A stretch of DNA of 64,000 nt from NCBI GenBank assembly GCA_964016885.1, contig OZ024742.1, forward strand, positions 174,964,001-175,028,000, read 5' to 3'. Positions within the stretch are counted from its first letter, which is position 1. Every line of letters begins with the position of its first letter. Of the stretch, positions 28,619 through 45,319 are shown one piece after another. The position numbers and the translations under genes were made by a program. The stretch comes from Eledone cirrhosa. Lineage: Eukaryota. The notes beneath the pieces are model-generated. The model made no database searches. It saw nothing but the letters and a program-made list of their open reading frames with translations, and was not told the origin of the DNA.

Positions 28619-29643
28619 TATATATATATATAATGTGCGTGTGTGTGAAATTTGAAATATATTTGTCCAAATGCAAATGATCATAATAGTAGCCAATCAC
28701 TATAAAAAATAGTTGAAAACATTCTGTAAAGCACACCTGGAGATACGGAAAAGTGAACACAGACACCTACAAGGAATTATAACCTACATCTCTTGGATAT
28801 TGAGCAAGTGTGTTAACCACTACAGGATTCTTTTTGAGGCAATGTTTTATGAACCAATGCCCTTCCCTATGCCAATTATTTTAGGCTCCTCTTACAACAT
28901 GCAGGGATACAGTGGATCTATTCTAAACCAGATTCACACAGAAATTTAGAATTCAGTTTATTACAGCAATAAAAAATGTTTTAAGGTGATCACTCCTACC
29001 AAATCTGACAATAGCTATGGCAAGCTTCATATTTGTTTTGGGTGCTTTTTGAGGCAATGTTTTATGGTTGAATACCCTTCCTTGAACCAACCCTTTTAGC
29101 CACCTCTTACAAAGTACCTATTCTAAACCAGATCAACACAGCATCCCCCAGATATAACAAGTAAAAAGAACCTAAAGGTAAGTTAATATACAAGTAAAAA
29201 AACGACTAACCCACCTAGAAAACTTAAATCCCTATCATAATGATTATAATCTATACTGTAATAAGTGCATTGTCTCTCTGTCACACCATTAATATAGAGA
29301 GGGAAATACTATTCAACCTCTCACTCACTTCACCTCCCCCTTTCTCTAACTAACTAAAATATAACATGTGAACAAATGAAAATAATGTTTTTTTGTTGTT
29401 TGTTTGTGTGTGTATTTCTGTATGCCCTTCAACATTTAGACAACTAGTATAGACTTTAAAAAAAAAGTATTTTGCGATAAGGGCAGGTTATTGTTGTTAT
29501 TGAGAGAGAAATACAGAGAGATAGATAGAGAGAGAGTATGTGTGTGAAAAAGAAATACAGTGAGAGAGAGAAAGAATGTGTGTGTGAAAGAGAGATAAAA
29601 TTAAAATTTGTTTCACGGAAATAAAACGTGTTGTTGTTGAGAA

Positions 29644-29674
<31 letters not shown>

Positions 29675-29899
29675 AAGTGTGTGTGTCTATGAAAGATAGA
29701 TAGCTAAAGAGAATTGTCACCAGACTAACAAGTTTTTATTGAAAACACAGGAATGTTAAGTACAAGTTTGTCAACACATGTGAAAAAACATGTGCATGTG
29801 TGTTTCTGTATGTCCTAAGGAAAATCAGGGTACAACTAGTTGCGATAATGATATTTATGAAAGAGAAAAGACATACAGGTATAAATGACACAGATGACA

Positions 29900-30400
29900 A
29901 TAGTCCTGATGGTGAATAACAGGGAGGGATTTGATATATTGCACCCAATACACTCAGTGTCATGTTGTTGCCAAATAAATTCCACCCAGTACACTTCATA
30001 AAATGATAGTGTTGGTGCTATGATAAATTGCATCCTGTACAAAATGCATGTAGTACACTCTGCTAGGTGTCATGTGTTAGTGGCATGATAAAATATATCA
30101 CTACACACTGTAAAGTGATAGTACTGGTGCAACAACAATATACACCCAGTGCACACTGTAAAGTGGTAGTATTGGTGCAGCAATAAAATATACCCAGTGC
30201 ACACTGTGAAGTGGTAGTACAGGGACACAATAAAACACTCCTAGCTTACCTTGTGAAATGGTTGACATTAGGAAGGACATCCAGCTGTAGAAACTATGCC
30301 AAAATTAAGCATATGTCTAAGATGTTCCATAACAGATTGTGATAACTTGTCCAGCCCATGCCAGCATGGAAACAGACATAAAATGATAATGATGATAAAG
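29900..30400 (+). mobile_element. Old SINE with ~38-bp tandem subrepeats
   Basis: Repeated ACCCAGTGCACACTGTAAAGTGGTAGT; AGGAAGGACATCCAGCTGTAGAAAC; GATAATGATGAT tail. Confidence 0.6.
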
Positions 30401-32121
30401 TGGAGGAGAATGTTCAACAATAGGTGACTGAATTTGTTTGAGAACATCACACTGCTACAGAATATTTTGTTATTATTTATTTATTTCTACAATTGTTGCA
30501 ATACCTTGTCGATTGAATTTTTGGTGAAACCTAAGTGTAATGGTTTAACAAATCAACTATTTAACTTGATTTATCAGTTCTATTCTCTATTGTATTATCA
30601 TCCTTCTCTGGTTATTAATATTGATTGATTGGAAATGTGGTCTATTATGACAGGAACTAATATTTTTTTACATTTAGCTGAAAATTCCTTTGATGTTTTC
30701 TGTAAACATTGCCATAATTACAAACTGGAAGTCTCTACGGTTATTCCCTAGGAACTTTCACTACAAGAAACCCATTTTTCAATACACAGTATCAGTATAA
30801 TGAATGTTATTGTTAATTTTAGCAGGGATTTGTACTCTAGATCTAACCAATTATTTAAAATGGACTGATAAATTTTGTTTTATACTTTTAATTTTTAACT
30901 AGTTAGAATCATTTAACTGATTTAGTTGATTATATCAACCCAGTACATAATGTTTGAAGTCTGGTACAATCCATACAGACATGGGCTATTTCAGCTTCAA
31001 GTAAATGATAATGTTTGAAATATGTTTTTCTCATTTATATTCCAGTTTGAAATGTATTTGAATTTGATATTCATCAACTTTAACCCTTTAAATACCAAAC
31101 TGCCTAAAACTGTCCCTGGTACTATTTTAAAAGGTTTATATTTATCTAAAAATGTTCCATCATGATTAGATGCAAGGACACTTAAGTTATGTTCCAAATA
31201 CCAATGTAATAATGAGAAATTTAGTTGTTTTATTATATTTAAATACATGGTTGATATATTACTAGTTAAGATTAGTAAGTCAGCTAAGTATACTTAGAGA
31301 AAGGAAATTTTAGAATGTCCAGGAATCAAACTTAACTTAACCTTATAAGGTTGTGCTTCATGATGGCTGCTGTCTAAAGATTGAAACAAGTCAAAGGATA
31401 AATTAGAATATCTGCAGACACAACTTTTTACTTCCAAACAAGAAAATGATTCCACTTTTAGTAATTTTCTACTTGAAAAACATTAATTAGAGTTTTTGAA
31501 AAATCCTGATGTCAGTAAGTAAAAGAACATAAATACTTTCAGTCAATTGAAGCCGTCACCTAGTGGGACTTGAACTCTGTGGACTTGTTTTGTACCTAAA
31601 TGGCTGGTTGTTTTTAAAAATAAACTGAATTAAATCTAAACTGCTGAAAAATAAATTAAAATGACATCATATTAATGATTAAAAGCTAAAAGCTTTTCAT
31701 GTTTTGCCAAATTCAGCTCAAAGAATATTTTAATCTTTCCTAATAGAATAAATTTATTTCATAGAAATTTACTACCTATCTATGTAAAGAAATCAATAGA
31801 AGCAGAAATGCCTTCAGTTATTTCTTCATAGTTAAGCTGTTTCTCTGATTCTTAATTATGTGTTTTTTTCACCTACTTTTGACTGCAAGTGTTGCCGAGA
31901 AAAAATATATGCTCAGCTTTAAGAAAGACACAGATACGTTCCATCATTGCAGTAAATAATCAAAGCTAGAATCACTATAAATGGTCTACTGTCGTATTTT
32001 ATCATTACTTTGATAAATATTGTGTATTTATCATTACTGCTGTTGTTGGCAGCTAACAATCAGGAAAATTTCACATTTGACCTTCAGAAAATATGTAACA
32101 TGAATCATTGCATTCCATTAA

Positions 32122-32335
32122 CATTTTAGCATTTAAACTGGCTACAACCGACAGAATGTTCTCGCCTCTTTCTGTTCAAACCAGCAATAACCAGCCACTC
32201 ATACCGATGTTACGGTATTTTTCTCAAAAAAAATAATATCAAAATCTTATAAATCCGATATTATGTGAGATAATTGTGTGAAGTAAAGCCTTTACCATCA
32301 ACATACAATAGTAAATATAGAGTAATGCTAAAGGG
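32122..32335. mobile_element. TTAA-flanked MITE (piggyBac-type termini)
   Basis: TTAA-CATTTTAGCATT ... AATGCTAAAGGG-TTAA: imperfect TIRs and TTAA TSD. Confidence 0.6.
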
Positions 32336-34406
32336 TTAAAATTGAAATTGATTTTATCTTTCGTTTTTTACAAGTTTCTGTCATTAGATTGTAATGGGGC
32401 ACTGTCTTGAAATTTCTTTCTTTTTCTTTTATCTTATCGACCCCAGTATTCATTTTTATTGATCACTTTTTTGTCACACTGCTAATATACAGGGCATAAA
32501 CAAAAATAAACATGTACACACATACATCAAATTTCACTTACAAGCATTGATCAACTTAAGAAACTCGTCTAATATAGCCCAAATCACATGGTTGCAAAGC
32601 AAACTCGTTAACCACACAGCCATGCAAAAATTTGTTCAATTATTTTAACTAATAAAAAAAAAATGCATTTCTCCATCTTGATACTCATGTCTCTCATGCA
32701 GACAATAATCAATGTTGTATTATTGTAATTATGACTTAAAGGAGGAAGTACCAAGCTTATGGTTACTTTACCAGGGTTTTAGTATTGGTGGAAAGTGGCA
32801 ACAAGTGTTTTATGTCCATTTCTCACAGCTAAAGCATGAGTTAATTTTGAACACCCTATGAAAAGTTTAATGGTAATCAAGGAGAATTTTTAAAGCAGTT
32901 TTTCACAGTTAGATGTCCTTTCTGGCTACAACTCATTTAATTTATATTTACACCATGCTGGGATGCAGTGTATCAATTCTAGATACCTGATATATACAAT
33001 AGACCTCAAGAAAAACTTCATGTTTAGCATGAAGAGCATTTTTGAAGCAATGTTTCACACGTGGATGCTCTACCTAGAAACAATCCTTTTAGTTACTTCT
33101 TATTATGTACATGTGTGATATATCTATTCAAAACTGGTTAAATGCAGCACATTGGCGGATTGAAGGAAATAATTTATTTGTAGAGGAGAGACATTTAATA
33201 TAAACAACATTGTTATATATTACTGTCAGTTTTTGAAAGAATTGTGACACGATAAGAATGTTAAATGATTGGAAAGCCAAACAATGCATATAAAGAATTA
33301 AACATAGTAATAAATAAAACACTACGTTGAATTATTTCTACACAGTGTTTGGCCTCCCAGTCATATAAAATTATGCAATTCTGTAATGTAGAACTTTGGG
33401 TGGTTTCAGATGTTTTAAGATCAAAAGGGTTGAAAAGGTAAACATACACATAAGGTTTAGGAAATTCAGCATACAAACTCTTGTACAATCACTCATTCAT
33501 TCACATATTCGTGACAATTTCTATTAAGAGCTGGTATGGTAGAGACATTATCACACATATATATGGATTAGTTTCTTGAGAAAAGCCAGGTTTACATTAG
33601 AAAATTCCCTGGGAATGTTAACAGTAATAAGATGTTACTGAAAATAGAATTAGATTTGTATTACACCTACAAGTAGGATCATAGATACACTGCATTCCCT
33701 TGTATTCTAAGTTGGCATTAAAAGAGTTGGTGCTAGAAAGGGCAACAGACTGTAAAACATTGCTTTCAAAAGGACCTGATGATGAATATCATATCTGTTT
33801 TAGACATCACAAGGCTAACCATTACTTTAATGAGGAAAATAACCTTAAAATATTTGTTGGCTATCAAGAAAAATGTTTGAAAGACAGAGAAGAGAACATT
33901 CAAGTTTTTCCAGAATTCATCTTTGTAAAATTAGTCGAACCATATCAATCGAATATAATAATCATTTATTTCTGTTGTAGATATCGATCATGACTTTAGG
34001 TGTCTACAGAAAAAGCTACATTTCTTGACTATTGATACATCCCAGTTTAATTAATATATACCATCATCATCGTTTAACATTGTTTTCCATGCTAGCATGG
34101 GTTAGACGGGTTGTCCCATTAGAGGCAAGTTAGGTCAGGTGACAGTGTTTAACTCATATAGGACTGTTTCTGGCTAGATTTCTATGGCCCTTCCTAACGC
34201 CAACAGCAATTTACAATATATATCTTTAATTAATGTGGCAACATGCCTCTGGTCACATTATTCACACTGTCACTATTATCTAACTTCTTGTGCTCACTCT
34301 GAGGAGAAATTTAATAATTACTCTATCAACGAGTGCTTTGTGACAGTCTTCGAAGATCAGGTGCTAATCTGCAACTTCGATTATAAGCATTACTATTATA
34401 TATATA

Positions 34407-34997
34407 TTTCGTTTCTGAATTTGTTTAGCAAGATTCTTTATCTGAAATCGTGTGTTGAAACCGATATTGTTATACTTTGGGAGGGTCATGTTGCCAATAA
34501 GAAACACACGCACCAGTTGCTTTCACTTCAATTTATTATATATTTATAAATTTATAAATTTACAAATCTACAAACTTATAAATTTCTGGTTGGTTGGTTG
34601 GTTCCACAACCAGATAGTTGTTTATATATATAGTCATAGTCCTTTCGTCACACACTCTGTGACCTCTTCAGTGACTGGGGATTCCTTTCTTCTCTTCGTT
34701 TCTGTGCCTTTTCTTTCTTCTATCCTACGCCATTTAGTTTCTGTGTGTGTGTTCAACAGAAACGAAGAGAAGAAAGGAATCCCCAGTCACTGAAGAGGTC
34801 ACAGAGTGTGTGACGAAAGGACTATGACTATATATATAAACAACTATCTGGTTGTGGAACCAACCAACCAACCAGAAATTTATAAGTTTGTAGATTTGTA
34901 AATTTATAAATTTATAAATATATAATAAATTGAAGTGAAAGCAACTGGTGCGTGTGTTTCTTATTGGCAACATGACCCTCCCAAAGTATAACAATAT
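34407..34997. mobile_element. Family B pLTR-only palindromic insertion with two intact HHRs (34632-34676 minus; 34785-34829 plus)
   Basis: 34464-34705 and 34756-34997 are apparently identical ~242-bp inverted repeats around a ~50-bp spacer; only the left arm has the ~57-nt tail; TA flanks. Confidence 0.9.
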
Positions 34998-35009
34998 TAT
35001 ATATATATA

Positions 35010-35931
<922 letters not shown>

Positions 35932-35934
35932 CTG

Positions 35935-36260
35935 GGTAAAGATGTGTGACTTTGTGGTAAGGTGTTCAGCTCGAAATCATAAGGTCATGAGTTTGGTTCC
36001 CATCAGTGCATTGTGTCTTTCAGAAAGATTCTTTATTTCACATTGTTCCAATTCATTCTGCTGGAAAAATGAGTTGTACCTGTAAATTGAAGGGTCGCCT
36101 TGTCACATTCTGTGTCACACTGCATCTCTCTGAGAACAACGTTAAGGGTATGCATGCCTGTGGAATGCTCGGCCAATTGCTAGTTAATTTCACGAGCCGT
36201 CTGTTCTAGTGATCGTATCAACTGGAACATTCTACATCATGCCCGATGGTGTACCCGTTA
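35935..36260 (+). mobile_element. Old tRNA-derived (CORE-like) SINE
   Basis: TGTGGTAAGGTGTT..GAGTTTGGTTCCC A/B-box-like head followed by a CORE-like body; related to 50090-50350. Confidence 0.5.
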
Positions 36261-36354
36261 TATAGATTTGCCAGCTTAGACACGTCAACCATTGTTCAGC
36301 TTAGCACTCAATACCTAAGAGTGTAAAATGAAGGCAAAAACTCATTATAATATA

Positions 36355-37131
<777 letters not shown>

Positions 37132-37559
37132 TTAGTTAAGCAAAACAAGACCACAAATTTCACAAGGAAGACATTATTAAAAGATTGTCAACATATTTTA
37201 GTTTGATGTAAGGAATGTAGATAATAAAATAATAATATTAATAATAATAATGTCCGTTTACAATTGTTTCGCTACTCCATATAATATTTCTGGATCAAAT
37301 GACTATATATCATTATTGATCTGGTTCAGTTGAAAATAATTAACATATTTAAAGATAGAGCGGCTCATCAGAACGTCAAAGGAATATAAATTAAAATAAG
37401 GAAAGAATGTTACATAATGTAATGTTCCATATATTGGTATTTCACTATGGTGTCCTGGGTGTATCAATTGTCTGCCATAATCAAGCAGAATTCTTCTGTG
37501 GAGGCTGCATTGTGTGAGATTTGCCTATGGGTAACATAGGCAGATCTCACACAATGCAT

Positions 37560-40500
37560 TTTTAGTCGTCGGCGACTAAACCGGCAACCTCATCAAGTTT
37601 ACTTGGTGAGGAGGGTGATTTTGGATATACTGCAGCACAAAAACAAAACCTGACAAAGGGTGGAAGAACTCATAAGTGTCAACGGCCATCCAAAAAGTGT
37701 GTAAATATGTATATAGTTTATATAGTGTATATTTGGTAGCCTTGGTCGGCAATCTGTCTAGGAGAGGGACCACTCTGATTTCAAAGCCGGGGCGGACAGA
37801 GCTCTTTGGCCTTGATAGGCAATCTGTCTAACTAATCCTGACTGGGTTAAACGACGACATTGGTAAGCAGGATGTCGGATCAGTAGATAAGGCAATGATC
37901 AAGTAACTGTGGATTTAGTTCATACTACTAGTGGCAAGGCGATTATATCAACTATTGTTGGATGTTTCGGTGAGACACAACCGCTCTAATACAGAGTACT
38001 GCTTTGACTTGTATGGAGTAGCGACCGCAAGTGTATATCCAGCTATTGAAAGCTAAATATGACACAAATCCTTCGATGTTCATCCCGCAGCGCTCGTCGC
38101 GGGGTTAAACAGGGAGCGCGTCCTGCAACGGATTCCCAGCTTGCAGTCGAAAAATCAGATACTGGGAAACACACGGAGAAAACAACCAACCCGACTTGTA
38201 CAAGGAAAGAAAGACATCTTTGCTGGTACACTCAATGTTCAAACACTCCAGAAAGACCATAAAATCCCTGAACTGATTGTTTCAGCAGGGGCGACCAACC
38301 ATGACGTTATCTGTCTTCAGGAGCACCGGTTCATACTTCATACATGAAGAGCTTGTAACAAAGGAACAAATATTTTGCAATTGGAGGCTGATAACCTGCT
38401 CAGCTTGGAAAAACAACATGAATGTAGCAAATGGTGGAGTTCGAATGATTTTCAGCCCGCGAGCCTATGATGCACTTGCGAGTGTTGAAATGATAACATC
38501 AAGGATAATGATAGCTACGTTTAACGGGAATCCTAAATCCACTGTAATCTCCTGCTATAGTCCAACAAATGTATGTGACATGGCCGAAGTAGAGACGTTT
38601 TACATGGAACTAACATCACTCACAAGACAAATCCCGAAACATAATGTTCTCATCATTGGCGGAGACTTCAACGCGCGTCTTGGACAGCGTGATGGATTCA
38701 AATTCTCATACCACTCACAAACCAATAGAAACGGTTGTATGCTAAAAGATTACTTGTGTGAGAACAATTTACGATGTCTCAACGCCATATTCCAAAAACG
38801 ACCAGGCCAGCGGTGGACACAAAAATCGCCAAATGGCGACAAGACACAACTGGATTATAACATAATCAATCGAAAATGGAAGAACAGCGCAAAAAACTGC
38901 AGTGCATATGACCCATTTGTTAGTGTTGACTCAGATCATCGCATTGTCTCGGCCAAGATACGATTAAGTCTCCGAGTGGATAAAAAGAAATCTGCAAATG
39001 CTACTCCTTATAACTGAGCAGTTCTGAATACCAATCCTGAGACTTACAAAACCTTTCTAACCCAACTGAGCAACCGATTTGCTGCTCTACGAGTCTCTGC
39101 GCCAACAAAATCGTCAAATTCTACATTTAACCACTTTCAAATGGCATTCAAAGAGGCACCGGCCGACACCATCCCTTTAAAACCCAAGGTTAAAAATCGA
39201 AAACCCTGGAAAACAGAGAGGATACGCCAAAAGCGCAAAGAATTGCGAAAAGCTGCAGAATTGAAAGACACTCAATGATCTCCAGGGATACATTAGTAAC
39301 TTCAATGCTGCTTGTACAGCACTGAAAAGTGAGTATGAAATTTAACAAGCTGAATACAAGCAGATAAAGATCAATCATATCTCGAGTACGGTCTGCTGAA
39401 GCCTGGAAATCTGTCAATGAAATTAGTGGCAGAAAAAGGAATGACAGAGCCAAACTGAAAGCCTCCAGCCAAGAAAACTGTGGCAACAACATTTTCAGAA
39501 CCTACTTGGCAAAGCACCACAGATCATCGAAGATGAAATAATACCCGTTTTTACAGAGGAACACCAAATACAGAAAGGTTCTTTCACTATGGAGCAACTA
39601 GAGAAAGCAGTGAAAAGTATTGGTAACGGAAAGCGTGCGGACTCGACGAGATCCCAGCTGAAGTGTGGAAGGTACCTGAATTTCACCCAATCCTACTAGA
39701 GTTGTGTAATGGTGTCTATAATCAAGACCCCATAGACAAATGGACTGAGGGATGTATACTCCCTTTTCCCAAAAAGGGCGATCTTGAAATGGCTAAAAAC
39801 TACCGTGGCATAACACTAATGGCAATTGTCGCAAAGATATACAATCTCATGTTGCTTGACAGAATAAGACCTGTCATTGACCCCTTGCTGAGAAAAAACC
39901 AAAATGGCTTCCGCACCAACAGATCAACATCCGGGCAAATACTTACTATTCAGCGTATCTTGGAAGGCGTAAAAGCCAAAAACCTCCCAGCAACTCTCCT
40001 GTTTATTGACTTTTCAAAAGCATTCGATTCCATCCATCGTGGGAGGATAAGAGAGATAATTCTAGCCTACGGCTTGCCAAAGGGAACAGTAAATGCCATC
40101 ATGATGTTATATAAAAACACCCGCGCAATGGTGTGCTCACCTGATGGAGATACCAACTTCTTTGACATCATTGCAGGAGTACTCCAAGGGGATACTCTTT
40201 CACCATATATTTTTATCATCTGCCTCCACTATGTATTGAGAAAAGCCCTGGACGAAAACTTAGAGCTTGGTTTCACTCTCACAAACCGAAAGTGTAGACG
40301 CCATGCAGCTCAGAAAATCACAGATTCTGACTATGCGGATGATTTAGCGGTCCTCGCTGACTACCTTAAGGATGCAACATCACTACTTCACAACATCGAA
40401 TCAGTTACAAAGGAAATCGGACTCTATGTCAACGCAGGCAAAACAGAATATATTTTCCTGAACCAAGACTCCTCAGTTGGAATGTGAAGTTTAAACGGCG

Positions 40501-41072
40501 ATATAATCAAGCAAGTTGACGACTTCAAATACTTCGGTAGCTATAAGCCTCCACAGAACATGATGTTAACATCAGACTGGGAAAAGCCTGGGGAGCATTG
40601 AATGCAATGGAAAAATATGGAAATCAAACCTGCGGGCCAAACTGAAAAGGAATTCCATCAGAGCTGCTGTGGAATCTGTGCTTGTTTATGGCTGTCACTT
40701 GGACGCTAACGACAAAACTGGGGGAAAAGCTAGATGGGGCATACACATGTATGCTCCGTGCTGCTTTAAACGTATTTTGGAGGGAACACCCAACAAATAA
40801 GGATCTCTATGGCAATATGCCACCTATCAGCAGGTCAATACGTAAACAGAGACTCAGATTTGCTGGCCACTGTTGGCGCAGCAAAGAAGAAATAGCAGGC
40901 AATATATTGTTATGGAGTCCATCTCATGGAGCAAGAAACGCTGGTCGTCCCAAGAAGACATACGTCAAGAAACTTGAGGACGATACTGGATGCACTGGCA
41001 AACGCTCCGAGAGACAGAGATGGGTGGAGAAAACGTGTCGTAGAAGGCCGAGCAAGCTCGACCTGATGATGA
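37560..41072 (+). mobile_element. Near-full-length degenerate RTE-clade LINE (APE endonuclease plus RT)
   Basis: AGTLNVQTL, VICLQEHR, ISCYSPTN, IIGGDFNARLG, QLDY, SDHRIV (APE); NYRGITL, NQNGFR, FIDFSKAFDSI, GVLQGDTLSP, DYADDLA (RT); LRFAGHCWR; TGATGATGA tail. Confidence 0.92.
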
Positions 41073-41427
41073 ATGGACTATGTACTTGGAAGGGAAAAAA
41101 CTATGCAACTGTTTGATGATGATTGACAGGTTCTCGGACATGACTACTCTAGTCATCCTAATTCTGTGTGCAGCACTAACATGACAAAAGTTAGCCTTGT
41201 ATACACAATGTTTATGATATATAAACAAAGTATATTATCTGCTTGATAACAAATTATGAATATATATATCTATAATTTTGTTATCAAAAAGAACAAAATG
41301 AGGTTTCCCATAAGGTTTTCATTGATTAGGCTGTTATGTTTTGTTCTTCTTAATACAAGTACTTGACTACAGCATTGAGTGCTGATATTGGCACCTTCCT
41401 CAATAAACCACAAATATACTGAATCAC

Positions 41428-41478
<51 letters not shown>

Positions 41479-41484
<6 letters not shown>

Positions 41485-42040
41485 GGAAAAAATGAAACGA
41501 AATTTCATTTCCCACTCTTAGTACGGCTGTTACTTAAATATAAGTATGTACACGCACATACATATATGTATACAGACGTACAGTAGTATGTATATACATA
41601 TACATGCATGCACACATATATATAGGTACGTATGGATTCACCGAACATTTATTATAATGTTCGGTGTGTTTGTAAACAAACATCACGTATTAAGCCGTAG
41701 TGTCTAGCAACCATCGTTGCTCGTTTTGACAAAGGAACGCTGTACTAGTTTCAAGCTTATTAGCTATCGGCAACAACGTATACCTTCCTGCCAGATTGTT
41801 GAACGTCTGAAAGTATATACTTACCTTACGCATATTGACGGCTGAGTAGCCCAATTTGCATATCGAGTGGCTTAATCGGCCGAGTGCACCGAAAACGATA
41901 AACGGAAAAAATGAAACACACCGAGCATTGTAATAAATATTCGGTGAATCCATACGTACATATATATATGTGTGCATGTATGTATATGTATATACATACT
42001 AGTGTACGTCTGTATACATATATGTATGTACGTGTACATA

Positions 42041-42045
<5 letters not shown>
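41479..42045 (-). mobile_element. Family D retrozyme-like copy: one ~420-bp monomer with terminal redundancy plus an inverted arm
   Basis: AAACGGAAAAAATGAAAC at 41481 and 41901; 41917-42045 is inverted against 41540-41668; degenerate HHR (TTGCCGA..AGCT..AGCTT-GAAA-CTAG-TA) at ~41737-41780 minus. Confidence 0.78.
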
Positions 42046-42076
<31 letters not shown>

Positions 42077-42329
42077 CAGAAAAAGCACCCAGTTACATGC
42101 CATGCAGTTTTACATATGATGGTGGTACTGCACTTGGAAGGCCAGTTTGTTCAATGGATTAGATAACTGCTCTGTTGAAGGTGCATGTGGGATAATGGGA
42201 CAAGAAATTTTACAAATGTCTTTCAACCATTATATAGAAAATTTAAGACAAGAAATAGATAACAGACTTAATATTTAAAATGGGCAAAATTGAGTGTGTG
42301 TGGGTATATATATTTCATTTCATTTTTCA

Positions 42330-42660
42330 TTCATTTCATTTTACGTCCGCTTTTTCCCTGCTTGCAAGGGTGGGACGGTAATTGATTCTGGTTTTGATTT
42401 CTACAGCGGGATGCCCTTTCTAACTCCAACCTCATTTACAGTGAGTGCTGGGTGCTTTTTGTGCCGTGGCACCTCCACGACTACTTTGCAGTGGAATGAT
42501 ATGGACCCCAGTCTCTATCATCTCATGTCTACAGCTGAGTAAACTGGAGCAATGTGAAATAAAGTGTCCTGCCCAAGGAAACAACACATCACCCGGTCTG
42601 AGAATTGAACTCACAACCTTTCGATTGCAAGGCCAATGCTCTAACTACTAAGGCATGTGC
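42330..42660 (-). mobile_element. tRNA-headed SINE
   Basis: Near copy of 12205-12572; head TGCCTTAGTAGTTAGAGC...GAGTTCAATTC on the minus strand. Confidence 0.75.
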
Positions 42661-42669
42661 CGCTATATA

Positions 42670-44093
<1,424 letters not shown>

Positions 44094-44178
44094 TTGTGTG
44101 TATGTATGTGTGTGTGTATATATACATATATGTGTGTGTGTATATATATATATATGTGTGTGTGTATATATATATATA

Positions 44179-44261
<83 letters not shown>

Positions 44262-45319
44262 AGAGATAGACAGATGAATAGATATGTGTGTCTGTTTTAC
44301 CTTTATACTGTATACATACAGTATGGGTGTACTTCAGCCTCTTAGTTCACAATCTTATATATATCTGCATTAACTACCAACATGGATATTTATTAAATAC
44401 AAATTAGTACATCCATTTTGGCTGCTTAGTACATAATAAATAAGCATAGTGTAAATGTTTGAAGTGAGCAAACTGGCAACCCTGTCAAAATAGAAATGAC
44501 TCTCCATTGGGATTTTACTAACATTGTACCTCAACATGCATTGAGTACTACCCTGATCTGTGATATTCCCACTCCCCACACCATGAACACTTCATATAAA
44601 GAATATATATATATATCAAAGACATGACAATTGCCCTAGTCTTAATGATCTACATGATAAACACACCCAGTACATGCTGTAAAGTGATTGGTGGGACATA
44701 GAACATCTGGCCAACAAGGGGTTGAGAGGATTTTTCACTTCTATCATAGACATAACAACCTCCCTAGTGTTGGTGCCACAATGAAGTGCACTTGTAGTGA
44801 CCCCTAGGATAAAATAAGACAATTAATTAGAGTTACTTCCCGTAGGCATTATAAATAGACGAGCCTTGTGTTTCTCACGCTCTTATTCGCTGCCGGCCTC
44901 GTTCTGACGAGCAGCTCTCTATACTCTTGCGACTACTTTGGAACTAAACACTATATGTACAGAGCATATCACCTCTATCTTGTATGCCCGGATTACTTTA
45001 TCTTTATTTCTAAAGTGGTTGATTACCAGCGGTATCTTCCGGAGAAGATTAAACCAATAAACCAATTCACTAAACTGGTGACCCCGACGTGATGATAGAC
45101 TCTAAACTGGATTCCTTCGTTTTGAACACAATATTTTTCTGAAAATTATCTCTCGTGTCTGTTGTTCGACCAAGCTTTTGTTTTGAAGTCGCCATCTTTG
45201 TGACACATCTTTGCTTGTTCGGTGTTAATTTTACTTAAGTTTTCCATGGTACTACCACGTGTGTGGTAGTTGAAGAAAAAACGACGAAGCAATTTCTCGT
45301 TCAGCATCCACTGTGTCAA

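Noticed and set aside
33700-33993. 97-aa non-repetitive ORF
   Set aside because: No ATG start, no recognisable domain and no convincing splice sites in frame.
42590-42660. tRNA gene
   Set aside because: tRNA-like head of a SINE; no complete cloverleaf, and it continues into the SINE body.
44904-44935. CTGACGA in the LTR as a hammerhead core
   Set aside because: No stem II-GAAA-stem III or closing stem I follows.
44868-45092. Signal-peptide-like ORF MFLTLLFAAG.. present twice
   Set aside because: Lies within the two LTRs, has no ATG start, and the duplication is explained by the LTRs.
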